A model generated the notes under the pieces. It was not told where the DNA came from. It worked only from the letters and a program-made list of their open reading frames with translations, and did no database searches. From NCBI GenBank assembly GCA_000320545.1, contig ADNK01001663.1, positions 1-49,775 on the forward strand: a DNA stretch of 49,775 bases, in the 5' to 3' direction. The DNA is from Bigelowiella natans CCMP2755 (Eukaryota > Protista > Cercozoa). The number at the start of each line of letters is the position of its first letter. Position 1 is the first letter of the stretch. The position numbers were made by a program, and so were the translations under genes. Below are positions 12,140 through 24,689 of the stretch, in pieces.

Positions 12140-13100
12140 GGGGGGGGGGAGGTTTGGACTTGCTGGCTAGCTGGTGCTGGCTTGCGTCGCCGCTTCAATC
12201 GTCTCGACATCGCTGGTCAGCGCTTGTGCAGCTGTCACAGAGGGGCTGGCTAGCTGGTCTAGCTGGCATTGTTGTTCAGCTGGGGCTCGCTCAGCTAGCA
12301 GCTAGCTCGATCAGTCTGACAGTGTCGTCAAAGAGTGGCATGTGCAGTCAAACGAGTAGAACACGCGCTGCTGCTCTTCGTGCGAGAGGTGGACGACGTC
12401 AGCCTGCTCTGCAGCTGTGGCAGCATTGTTCAGCTGGGCTAGCTGGGGCTCAGTCTGGCAGTGTGTCGTGGGCTAGCTGGGGCTCAGTCTGGCAGTGTGT
12501 CGTCAAAGAGTGGCATGTGCACCTCCAGACCTCTGGACCTCCAGATCTCTTGTCTGGGAAAACTTCTGAGCACAAACCGCCAGCTAGCTGATCTCCAGCC
12601 TGTCTAGCTGTCCACCTGTGACTCGGTCAAGCTAGCAAGGGCCAACAGGACAGCATGATTAGTCTATGAAAGTTCGCAATGGCTAGATGGCCGGCCACAG
12701 TGGAACAGAACATCAAACATGCGTGCTCTGGCTAGCTAGCTAGCCATGCTGGCATGGCAAGATGCACGCCAGCACGCTGGAGTGTCATTGCGACGCCACA
12801 TGCTAGCATGTGCCACATCCAGCAAGGTGCACTTAGGTGGGGTCCAAGCGCATGTGCGCACACGTGCCTAGCTAGCACGCAGGTGTGCAAGGCCGCATCT
12901 TGCATGTGCGACGAATCATGCAACATGTTGATCAAAGACTGGGATTGGAAACGTGCACGAGTGTGCATGCACAACGTTGTAGCAATCTGACAATGTGCAT
13001 GTCACATGACACGTGTGATCTAGGTGATGCCCAATGTGAAACGAACTGCATGTTTGCATCGCATGCGATCTGAACATTCTCGCGTCACATCGAATATTTT
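12140..13100. repeat. Decayed repeat/transposon relic with local tandem duplications
   Basis: GCTAGC/CATG/TGCA-rich. Perfect 34-bp tandem duplication at 12436-12469/12470-12503. The 25-bp gtgtcgtcaaagagtggcatgtgca occurs at 12322 and 12497. Confidence 0.6.
12346..12414. repeat. Exact 69-bp duplicate of HECT-gene coding sequence 14202-14270
   Basis: Base-by-base identity of agtcaaacgagtagaacacgcgctgctgctcttcgtgcgagaggtggacgacgtcagcctgctctgcag at both sites, in the same orientation. Confidence 0.95.
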
Positions 13101-13283
13101 TGTGTGTTTAGATGCACAAAAAAGAGAAGAGAGAACAACAATTTGCCGTAGGAAATAGAAGTTTTTACATTTACATGCCGCAATAACATCTGTGGCAATA
13201 ATTTGTCACATTTCTAACTAAAAATGGTCTCGGCAGGTATTAGTTGATCTTTTTTATTTGACATATACCCGAAGTTTTTCTTC

Positions 13284-13951
13284 TTAACTTGTGATGGACG
13301 AGCAGTGGGTGATCGCCATAAGTAGCTTCTCCCGCATCAGCTGGTAGGAAGAATACGACGGCAGATTCACGTTGAAAAAGCACGTTTCCGCCGTCGGCAA
13401 CATGCGGTCGGTCTTCGTTCCTGACTCGAGTATGTTGACTTTCATCCTCCAGCTCTTGTCCTCCGCATCATAGACGGGGGGCAAGCGCGAGCGCGCCCAG
13501 GAAAACTGGAGATACTTGGACTTTTCTTCTTCGCTGAAGCTCTCCAGGACTCTCCAGAAGTTCCGAACGACTTTGGATTTTGCTGTGAATTTGGCTGGGG
13601 AGTACACGGTTTGTTTCTTCAAGGCTCGGAGGTCTAGAGTAGAGTTGCCGCACACCCACATTTCTAGCTCGTGCCACCGGAAGAGTCGCAGCGTTCTCTT
13701 CGGAACGATGGTGTGGAGTCCTCGTAAGACGGCGTGCATCTGCGGCCCACTCTCGGTCAGCCTTGCCTGCATCGCAACACGCGCATAATCATGCCGCTCG
13801 GCATAGCTAACGCGGGCGTTGCGCGAGTAACCAGGGAGACGAATTTGCTGGAGGGGGGGGGGGAAAGGAGAAATTTGGGAATTTAGACCGTTGTCGTTCT
13901 ATGACATGAATACTCATCATGTCGTTATCACAAGTACCCTCCCCCACCCCC

Positions 13952-14000
<49 letters not shown>

Positions 14001-17000
14001 TGTGTGATTCTCTCCGTGTCTTTCTTTAAACACGGCACTCACTTAGCCCTACCACAACCCAAACTACTAAAGCTATCACCCGCAGGCTATGGCTCGCCGT
14101 TGTCTCTAAGCGAAGGGAGCTGTAGTACTGCTCAAACTGCTCCTCGCTGAAGTCCTCGCCGCTGGAAGGATCCTTGAACCGAAGATTGCTCCATGCGGTG
14201 AAGTCAAACGAGTAGAACACGCGCTGCTGCTCTTCGTGCGAGAGGTGGACGACGTCAGCCTGCTCTGCAGTTCGCTGCCCCCGTGATTTCGTCGTCGTTG
14301 TCGCAATAGCCACCCCCCCCGCTGTAAGCTGTCGCCAAAACAGCTCGTGCAGATCGATCGTGAGCAGCCCCTTGGTGCGGACCATGATGCCGAGGAGCTG
14401 CCCGAAGCGGAAGAACTGCTCCATCCTCTCCCCCACACTCCTCCATCGCCAGGGGGAGCGCGAGGAGGAGGCGACAAAGTCCGGCGGGAGGAGGGCGGGG
14501 TTGACGATCATGGAGTTCCTGTGAAGGCCGGTCTGGTGCGTGTGGTTCGGGCAGGGGATCAGCAGAGCGCAACGATCGAAGTCGTACTCATTCTTCGCCA
14601 TCAGCTGCCCTCCCCCGCCATGAGCGCCGTCGCCGCTGCCGCCAACCCCCGCGCCTCCTGATACAGCACCGAAGTCTGCCCTTGCGCTCAGGAGGCTGGC
14701 GCAGATGAGGGAGAGCGACTGGCGGAAGGGGCCGGGCAGCCCCTCCGCACCTTTGAACGCGGCGGAGGAGAACTTGGCCTTCCAGGCCACGTCCCCGAGC
14801 CGGCAGCGCAGGTGTTCGTCGGGCGTTACTCGCAAAAATTCTGTCAGCTGCAAGAATATCGGCTTTGCGGCAGCGCCCGCTGCAACATGCTGCTGCTGGA
14901 ACTGGCGGCGAGCTCCCGCCCCGCTACCACTACTGCTGTTGTTGCTTCCATTCCCCGCTTGCGCGTTCCGAGGGCCTGTCGTCGCTGCGACAAGGTGTTT
15001 ATTGTCAAATACGAATTCTGGCATCCACCGCTCGCTGACGGAGGTGCCATTGATGAGCTGCTCCACGAACCCCATCCGCACGGACCTCGGAAAGGCGCTC
15101 ACGGGCAGCAACTGCTCCGGATGGAGCTGCTGGCGGCGCTGCATTCGGAGCAGCTGGCGGTGGCGACAGGAGCTGTAGGACGAGTTCTTAGCGTCGGCGT
15201 TGTCGTCCTCGTCGCCATCGTCGTCATGATGGCTGTATCGAGCAGGCAGGACTGGAGCGATCTTCTTTAACGTTTCAAGCTCCTGGCGACTCGACGTGCA
15301 AATCCTGCACTTACAGTCTGCAGCGTCACTGGGAGCGGTGGTAGAAGAAGAAGAACCACCAGCAGCAGCAGCAGCAGGTTCAGTATCATCGTCGCCGTTT
15401 TCGCTGGCAGCACCTGAGGAATCGTCAGCGGACGCTGGAGGCTGTGACGATGAAAGGAGAATTCTTCCCTCTCTCTTCCCTCCTCTCGTCGCATGGTAAT
15501 TCTCCAACGCAAGCATGCGCTCACGGAAACCACTGGCGCCAACATTGCAGCAGGAAGCATCTTGAGTACCACTGCTGCTCCCGTACATGAGACGGAGGAG
15601 GGGAAAGTCCGTTTCCACCGCCTTGGCGATCTGGCACACGCGTAGCTGTTGCTGCCGAGATTCATCGTTTTCGAGACTCAGGATCCCCCGCCCCCCCCTC
15701 TCGCTTCTCCACGAATTGTTGCGGTTGTAGCGCGATCGGCCCACACCGCGGTGGGCGATGATGCAGCTTTCGAGCTGGGCGCAGTGGAGCAAGAGATCAA
15801 GCAGAAGGCGAGAGTAGCAGGAAAATAGTGGCCGCGCCTCCTCTTCGCTGCCAAGCCGCTCCTTCGCTTCCGCAGCAAAACTTGCCAGCCAAGAGAATTC
15901 GGAAAGCTCGGACCATATCGACGGCGGCGACAGCTTGCTGCGCTTCTCCTCCTTTATGTCACTGCCATCATCGTACGCTCCCTCGTCGTCCGCCCCCCAC
16001 CGCGGCGCGGCTGCTGCCCCGGTTTGCATCGCGCGGGTGAGAGCGCAGGAGAGTTTGATGAGGGCGCGCAGAGTGAGGATCTTCGACTCGGAAGGCCACG
16101 GGCACAGCACGTTGTAGCGCTCGACGAACTTCCGGAGAGAGATGAAGCAATACGCCAGAGCCTCGAGTCTGGACGACGCCGAGAGAGATGGGTCCAGTGA
16201 TGAGCGCGCTCCGGCGCACAGCCGAATGGCGGCGCGCACCAGAATCAGCGCGGCGTTGAGATCCACGGTGGTGTTTGATGTGACGACAATTGAGAATTCC
16301 CCTTCATGGAGCTTGACGTTCTCTCGCCCTCCCCCTTTAGAGCTGGCAGCGGAAACGGGCAAAGAATACCTGTCTCCTCGCTCTTCTCCCCCTTCGTTGT
16401 CCGCAGGAGCGGAGGAGGGGGAGTCATTTGCGGTTTGGTCGTCGGCACTTCGCGTAGCCACCTCCTCCCCACCCTCGTTCTCATCGTCGCCGTCTTCTCC
16501 TCCTTGCCCCGCCCCCTCCTCCTCCTCCTCCTCCTCCTCCTCCTCGTCCTCCTCCTGCTGCTGCTGCTGCTGCAGCGGAAGCATGACGATATCCTCTGCC
16601 AGATGATCATTTCCCCCAGCTTGAGAGGAAGGGGAGGACGACAGGGAGGAAGTGTGGGACGAGGAGGAGGAGGAGGAGGAGGATGAGGACACACCGTGAC
16701 CATTGCCGGTGGCGTTGGGAGCAACAGCGGGTCCTCCTCCCGCCCCCTCCTCTGCATCCTCCCCTCTCCTACCACGTGCGACTCCAGGGTTTGTCGGAAG
16801 GCTGCTATAGTGTGCAGACGATGACGATGACGCTGACGATGATAGTAGCGGTGAGGACGGATTGTTTGAGGCGGCAGCAACGCCAGCAATGGGCTCCTGC
16901 CCTCGCCCACTTGGCTGAGGAAGTCGTTGATCCTCCTCCTGCTGCTGCTGTTGTTGTTGTTGCTGCTGCTGCTGCTGCGGTCCATTGCGATTGCCCTTGC

Positions 17001-17159
17001 GCCTGTCGCCCTCTCCTCCCTTAGGCGCCGTCGTCACGGGGTGGGCGACGATAAGCACTGGATTCGGGAGAAGGATGGGGTCGGGCGGCATGCTTCCGTA
17101 GGATGGAGGGCACATCAGCTTCACCAGCAAGTGTCGGTGCCATTTGCCTTGGGTAGGAC

Positions 17160-17193
<34 letters not shown>

Positions 17194-20100
17194 CGATGAC
17201 GGGTCGGTTGGCTCGTTCTTGTTGCTGCTCCAGCCCCCTCTCTTTCCCTCATCTATTGCTCCTTCTCGATGATCGGGTCCACCGTGGCGACCGCTTGGTA
17301 CTTCTAGAGGCAACGGCCTCGCCTCGCCGACCTTCCTAGCTTTCGCCTCTCTCCTGGCATCGCGCCGGACTCGTCCAGTACCCACATCTTCCTCCCCCGC
17401 CTCCTCTTCGCCGCCAGTGGCATCCTCTCTTCTCGAGAGAGCAAAGAAGGAAATCGGGCAGCTGGTCCTCCCCGTCTGGCTCTGGAGAAAGGCGGCGTGG
17501 AGCGAATGGACACTCGAGTCTCGCAGATGCACCAGCCGCGTCTCTCCTGCCTTCATTCTCAAGTGAACGACTTCGGAGGAGTAGCACTCTTCCGCTCGCT
17601 TGCGCTGTTGCCTCAACCCCCCGGCTCTCGTCTTCGTATCTCCTCCCTTCCCGTCCCTGCCCTCGACTGGACTGCCTCGGTCGTTGCTGTCCTCCTTCCG
17701 TTTGAGTGCTCGAAAGAGCCTCGCGAAGCCGATCTTTAGGAGGGGCATCAAGCGGACCCCGGGCTCCATCGCAACCATCCTAGCGATGATCGTATTTGTG
17801 GATAGGTAAGACGGTAATGAGGGGGGGGGGGAGGAGGAGGAGGCGGAGGAGGCGGAAGAAGTGAGGGGACGTTTAGCAGCGTGCTGCTGCCGTTGTTGTG
17901 CTTTCTTGAAGTCTTCAGTAGGCAGGGCAAAGGGTACCTCCTTCGGTGCCACCGTCTCTATGTTGCCATAATCATCGTTGCAGGGGGCGGAGGAAGGGAA
18001 GGGTAGGACACTTGAGGACGAAGAGTCGTCCGCACGTCTTCTCGCATCGTTATCGTCGCCATCCCCTCCCTCTCGTCGTTGTCGCCGGCTCGCCTTCGCC
18101 TCGCCGCCAGCTTTCTCCACCGCCGCCGCCGCCGCCGCCAAACCTTCATCGGCATCGTCCAAGTCGCTGTCGTCCAACACGGTGCTGCTGTAGAGCCGTG
18201 TGCTGCTGGCCTCTTCGTCTGCTGAGTGGTCGTCGAGGAAGTCGTTGTCGTCGGCATCGTAATCATCGTCGTCACTCGTCGTGGACGTCGCGCCCGTCGT
18301 CATTCCACCTCCGCCTTGCAACGGGGCGAGCACACGACAGATGCTGTAAACTGTCGCCTCGCGCCCCTCTTTTCTCTCGAAAATGGGCAGTGCCGGGTAC
18401 GGGGGGGTTGCAGGAGGAAAGGCCTTCCTTGGCGGCGGCGGCGGCGGCAGCGGTAGCTTCATCACCACAGATTGTTGCTGCCTGGCGAATTGCCGCTGAT
18501 GCTGCTGCTGCTGCTGCCATGACCCTTGAATTAGAGTCATCAGGATCGACTTTAAAAGGCGCCGCTGGGCAAGATACAGGCGGGTCGTTTCGAGTTTCAC
18601 AGCCAGGCTTTTCATCACAACAGGCGAGGTCGCGGTGGTGGTGTTGGTGGTGGTGGTAGTAGTCGTGGTAGTAGTAGTGGCACCCGCCGTGTGCTTCCCC
18701 TGGTCATCCTTCGCCGAATTCTTCATCTTCTCGGGGAACTGCTGCAGCAGCCCTTGCACGTGCGAAAAGTTGGGCGGGCAGAGCTTCAGAACGCCCAGTT
18801 CCGTCCAGAAGTGCATCCGGCAACCGCTGTCTTCACTGTCTACCACAGCGACTAAAACCGCCCATTGCTTGTGACTGTTACCGGCACCCCCGCTACTGCT
18901 CTCCTTGCCACCTTGCCCACCAGCTCCTCCTCCTCCTCCTCCTCCTCCTCCTCCTTGGCAGACGCGCACAATCGTCGCCTTCTTGCCGATGAGCGAAAAG
19001 AAACGCGACTGCAGGATCGGCGAGCCTCGCCCGGTCCGCACGCCCGACGCGTCGCTGGCAGGCTGGAACGTGTTGCTGTTGCTGCTGCTGCTGCTACTAC
19101 TGTCGCTTGTGAAGAACAAGGCGGAGCTGTCGTAGTAGCCTGAGGGCGAGAAGGAGGATGAGGGCCCGTAGTATCCTTGAATGCGACCAGAGCGGCATGA
19201 CAGCCATTCGTCCCACTTTCCAGGCCACCCGATGTAGTGCACGTATATCTCGCCGGCGCCTCGAGTCTGCATCACTTCGGCCTCGCAGAGCTTCCCGACG
19301 GTGTCGCGCACGATGAGCCGGTCGCCCTTCTGGAACTCGTGTGTGTCGGCATCCGGGAGCGGCAGGAGCAGCGCCTTGTGCAGCTTCTCCACCGCTTCTT
19401 GCGTGATGATCACCGCTGCGCCGATGAGAGAGCTTATCCTCCTGTTGTTGCTGTTGCTATTTGACCCAGCGGACGACGACGACGACGACGATGATGAAAT
19501 GGAGCAGAACCCGTACGCGTAGGAATCATACCCTCCCCCATTTCCGAGCCGATCAAAGCGCTCCCCATTGCAGCCGCTGCTGCCCCCCCCCCGGCCGGCC
19601 CCGAGAAGTCGCTCGCGGTTCGTGGGCTGGCTGACGGAGAAGGCGAAGGGGTTCGGCATGTGGGTGAGGGAGATCAGGTCGCTCCGGGAGAAGTCCTGCG
19701 GCTCCGCTTTGAGCGCGTCGTGGAGGGTGCTCTTCCCGTAGATCTTGACGCGGCGGATGAAGCGGTCCGATTCCAGACGCTGACTCGACTGCGAGAAGAG
19801 GGTGGCGAGGCGTATCCGGCCGCTGCTGCTGCTGCCGCCGGGTGAGAGCTGGATCCACTCGTTGTACTGGTCGTCCCAGGCGAAGAAGTGTATGTAAAAC
19901 CGCCCCGGCTCAACGCGGAGGATCTGCGCCAGGTACCAGTCGCCGTACGAGTCCTTGGCGTCTACAAAGTGGTACTGCTTGAGCTCCGAGATGTCGGTGG
20001 GCTGCTGACGAGCCACGTAGGTCTCGATGCGGGATAGCAGCGAGCTCCGCTCGTGCCGGGACCCCGTCTCGAAGTACCGGTAGTTTTGGAGCGACGAGTG

Positions 20101-22913
20101 CCCGGCGTTGCGGCCCCCCGCACCACCGCCGTCTCGCGAAGAGGAGGGGGGATGAAGTGCGGCAGCTTGGTTTCTGCTGCTGCTGCTGCTGCTGTTATTG
20201 TTGGCGGTGGCGCTAGAATCGGAAGCTGATCTTGACCGGGCGATCAATGCTACGCTTGAGCTGTCGGCGTGGCCGCCACCACCGCTACTGCTGATGCTGC
20301 TGCTACCAGCGTTGGCGCCAATGCTGCTGGCGAGGGCATTCCACAAGTTTTCCTGCTGTCCTTGCTCGCCCATGTGGGAGACCGTGCTGATGAAATCGTT
20401 ATCGAAAAGCAGCTCGACGGCCTCTTGGATGTTGCCTCCGCGGCGCGCGAGGCCGATGCGCGCGAGGTTGATGGGGAACCCCATACCTGCAAGGCTCGCC
20501 AATTGCTGGTCAAATCTAGCGAGGGAGGGTGTATTTTCAGCATCGCTTGAAGAGGAGGATATAATGACGCCGCTATTAGCATTGCTGCTGCTGCCTCTGG
20601 TAGAACCGCCGGTGTTACCAGCTCGGATTATCCTGACAGTGCCACTCCCCATCGCACCACTTGCCGCCCCAACCCCGCGCACGAGGCGGGGGGGGTTGCC
20701 GTTTTCGAGGACGAGGACGGCCATCTGCGAGGACGACGAGGCTCCCCCCCCACCCCCATTGCTACTCCCGCCGCCGCCGTTGGCGTTGGCGCTGCCGAGC
20801 TGGACTAGGACAGGCAACGAGCGCTGCCGGGATGACGAGGAGGAAGAGCCGCGCGAGGGCCCACCACGAGCGGACGAGGACGATGACATCTTCGTGTTGG
20901 CTGCCGGGGGTGATGGCTTATCGCTGGCGCCGAGCACTGACTTGAGTCGCGAGGTGCTGGCGGGGGAGATCAGGCGGTACGGGGAGGTGGAAGGGGGGCC
21001 GGTGCTTGCCACCCGTGAGAGGTACTCATCCTCGGCAACCTGCAGCCGTACCATTTCCGACCGCCTCAGTATGCTCCGGGCGTCGTCTCCAAAGGCCGTG
21101 AAAACGCCGACGTCGCTCTTCTGGAGCGCCTCAGCTGCCGCTGTAAGTTTGCGGACGTACTGCGCCAACCTCGCGCCCATTTTCCCCCTCACGGATGCGC
21201 TCGTCCTCCTCCTGGTCTTTCTCCCCCGCCTTATCCAGCCCCCCCCGCCGGGGCCCCGCATAGGCCTCTTCCTCCTCATTTTCCCCTCGCTGAGATGAGG
21301 AGGGTGATGGCTGTTATCGATGGCGATGTCGTCGGCGGCGCGGGCCTCATCGCTGGCTGCTTGCACGTCGCTAGACAGGACGGACACTTGGTGGTGGAGG
21401 AGCTGCAGCACCGCCTTCGCGACGCTGCAGTAGGCGAGATATCCCACACGGCTACTGCTCCTACTGGCGCCATATTTCCTCGACGACCGATCTGCTGAGG
21501 GTGACATCTCCGTGGCACCCTGCGCTGGGCCGTCGGGGGGCAAGAAAGGAAAGCTTTGCAGCATACGCCAAGCCGCCTCAGCGACTGTGTCTGGCAGTTC
21601 CCCCCCCTTCCCAATTCCCTCCTCCTGCGCTTGCTGCTTGTTATCATTTGCGCCACTCGAGCTCCCTGCCCCCCCCTCGTCTACACCAGCTCGAGATGAT
21701 ATATCGCTCAGAGCGAATGGCGGGCGGTCTGGGTAGATGCGGAGAGAGCTCCAAGATACCTTGATCCTGCCCACCCCCCCTCCCGCTCGGTCTTCCTCCT
21801 CATCGCCTGGTCCTCCTGTGCCTTCTCCAATCTGCTGGCCATCCTCGAGCAGCACGGTGGCCGTCTCGCTCGCCGCGTCCACCGCCTCGATGACACCATG
21901 CATCTGCGCCATCAGGTTGCTCTTAGTGCTGCTGTTGTTGCCGGACCTGGCGGCGAGATCGATTTCGTCGCTGCCCGCGCCGTGCGGGCGGTGGCTCCGC
22001 TGGCCCTGGAGGAGCACACTCGCTCGCATGCCGGGTATTGGTAGAAGGCCTTCTTCCTCCGCACTCCCGCCCAGAACCGCGAGTGTGCCGAGGCAGACAC
22101 GCAAGCTCTTTCGCTCTTTTGCATCCAGCCTCGCCCCCAGTCCACCGGCCGCGCCGTTGACGTCATCATCGGCTGCAGCGTGTGCTTTCGTCTTCGTCTT
22201 CTCGTCCAAATTGTCGCGAAGGCTGGGTCCCTGCGCCCCTCCCCCCCCCTGCCTCGTCGGGGTCTTTGCTCCTCTGGTTGCCAGCAGGAGCTCAACGAGG
22301 GCTGGGGCCTGGTTCAAAGCACGGCACATTTCTTTGGCGACCGTGGAGGAGCGGATCGAGTAGCTGCATGATGAGGCCGAGAGGTCCTCATCGCCCTTGC
22401 AAGAGAAGGGAGGAGAAAGAGGAGGTGATGACTGCTCGCTTGCACAGGCTTTAGTGCCTCTGCCGCTGCCCACGCCGCCGTGGTCGCTCGGCGTGATGAA
22501 GATGAGCTTTCTTAGTAAAACCACAATTCGCGACCGCAGCAGTGCGAGCAGGGATGGAGGGCTGGTCGCCAATCCCCATTCCATCCGTGCGACGAACGGC
22601 AATTTCCGCTGCGGCTCGCCCCTCTCCCCTTCGTCGCCATCGTCGTATGGCAGCAACTGCAGCAGTCCAAGGTGCTCTGTGAGGTCAAGAATCACCTGGT
22701 TGAATTTCCCAGCGCTGCTGCTGGTGAAATTAATCGAGGAGAACTGACTCATCAGAGCTCTAGAATCCCCACGCGTAGCCCGATCGGAATCTTGCTGCTC
22801 GAGCTGTACCTGGGAGATACGGGGGGGGGGGGGGGGGAATTCCGAATCATCACGGTGATGCTGGAGGTAGTGGTGGTGGTGATGGGGGGGGGGTGCAAAC
22901 GTGTAATGTAAAT

Positions 22914-22953
<40 letters not shown>

Positions 22954-24658
22954 TTTTCTCCCTCCCTCTCTCCCTTTCTCTCTCTCTCACACACAGGCAT
23001 CGTCGCATCTACCGAAGAAGCTCTAGCAGGTCCTCCTGTGAGCACAGCCGGATTGGGCAGTTCTCGCTGAGCTGGGTTGCGAGCTGGCGCATGAGCTTCA
23101 GCGCGGTGCTGCTCCGCGAAATCGCCACCAGCGGGGAGTATATCTTCTTCCGGGGGCGGCCATAATTCTGGGAATTAGCATCGTTTCCGCCCCGCTGCCC
23201 TGTTTCTTCCTCCTGCGTGCCGAACGCGATGTAATCATTCTTCTCCTCCTCCGCCTCCCCCCCTTCTTCCTCGGCCCCAGCCCCGCCTTCCATGGCGGCG
23301 CTTGCCGCGTCCACGCCCGTGCTGCTCCCGTGTTGTGGCTTAATCGCCCCCGTTTTCTTCGTTCGCCTTGCCCTTTTCCTTGTCGCCGTCGGTGGCGTGG
23401 TGGCAAGCACGTTGAGGTTCAGCTTCAAGGTGGAGAGGAGCGGCCGGCCAACCGCCGTAGCGAGCTCGGTGTCGTCGAGGGTGCCTTTCTGCTCCATAAT
23501 GGCGCTCATCAGGTAGCGGATGGTGTTCCAGGTCACCTCCTTCAGCCCAGCGTCGAAAGGGCCTGCGTTCCGCAAAAGTAAATACAACAATGAATACATG
23601 CCAAAACAGTACGAGCGAGAATTGTTTGCTGACACGGCGGGACACACCCCCGTGACCCAAAAAAAATTAACAAAAAACTCAAATCCATGAATATATCAGG
23701 AAACTCTACGGCTATGGCTGCTGCTAGCGCTGCTGATGGGCGGCGATTGAATGGATCGTCGGCGACACTACCGTCGCAAAAGCGCAGGAATGAGCGGAAG
23801 AGCGAGGGAAGAATGCCCGCCGAGAGCACAACGCGCATGTGAGACTTGGAGAGCGACAGGAGAGGGGCTGCTTCACCGCCCCTCCCGCCCCCTCCCGCCA
23901 CCCCTGCTCCACCGCCTATTCTTCGTTCGGAAGACTCAGCACCATCCCGTTGGGCGACGTTATCGCCTTTTCCTTGTTGCAATTGCGGCCGGAATGTGAT
24001 GTTAAAAAACAGGAGGAGGGTCCTTAACCCCAACGAGTGCCAGAGCTTTTCGCGGACGCCGCCGACGCCGTCGTCGTCGCCGCCGTGTGTGCCTTCGTTT
24101 TTCGCACCGCTCCCCCCCGTTAAAGTGTTCTTTCTACGCTCTTTCCTCCTTGCCTCCCACTCCTCGTCGGCACGTGCCGTGGCGAGGTTAAGGCGATTGA
24201 ACTCCCAGACGAGATGTCTGTAAAAGTTAAGCAGGATCCTACTGCGCGACTGCGGCTGCTGCTGTGTCGATCGGCCACCCGCATTCTGGCCGGAGGACGC
24301 CGACACCGTAGAGATCGATGAGGAGGAGGGGAGAGGGGGGGGCGACGACGACGAAGACGACGACGACGATGTGTGTGCTAGTAATGACCCGATTACATCT
24401 AAACGGTCGCGGTTGCACTTGAGGTTGGCAGCCAGCGTCAGGGGAAGAATGTAGCGCACTACGTAGTGGCCTTTACGATCACGGAACTTGGCGGAGAGCC
24501 AACTGAGGAGGGTGAGGCGGAGCGACTGCATCTGGTGGACTGACCTCATGAATGGCTGCAGCTGGTTTGCCACGTCGAGCAGACCGTTTTGCGATAGCTC
24601 CAAGATGTCGCGCACCCATGAGTTGTCAATGCATGCTGCACTCGTGGTGGTGTTGTTG

Positions 24659-24689
<31 letters not shown>

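Noticed and set aside
12436-12503. 34-bp direct repeats superficially CRISPR-like
   Set aside because: Only two adjacent copies, no spacers, no cas genes, eukaryotic context.
20198-21298. 366-aa plus-strand ORF, and the many other overlapping short ORFs within 14000-33300
   Set aside because: Expected stop-poor alternative frames of GC-rich, triplet-repeat coding DNA; the minus-strand frame carries the recognisable domains.
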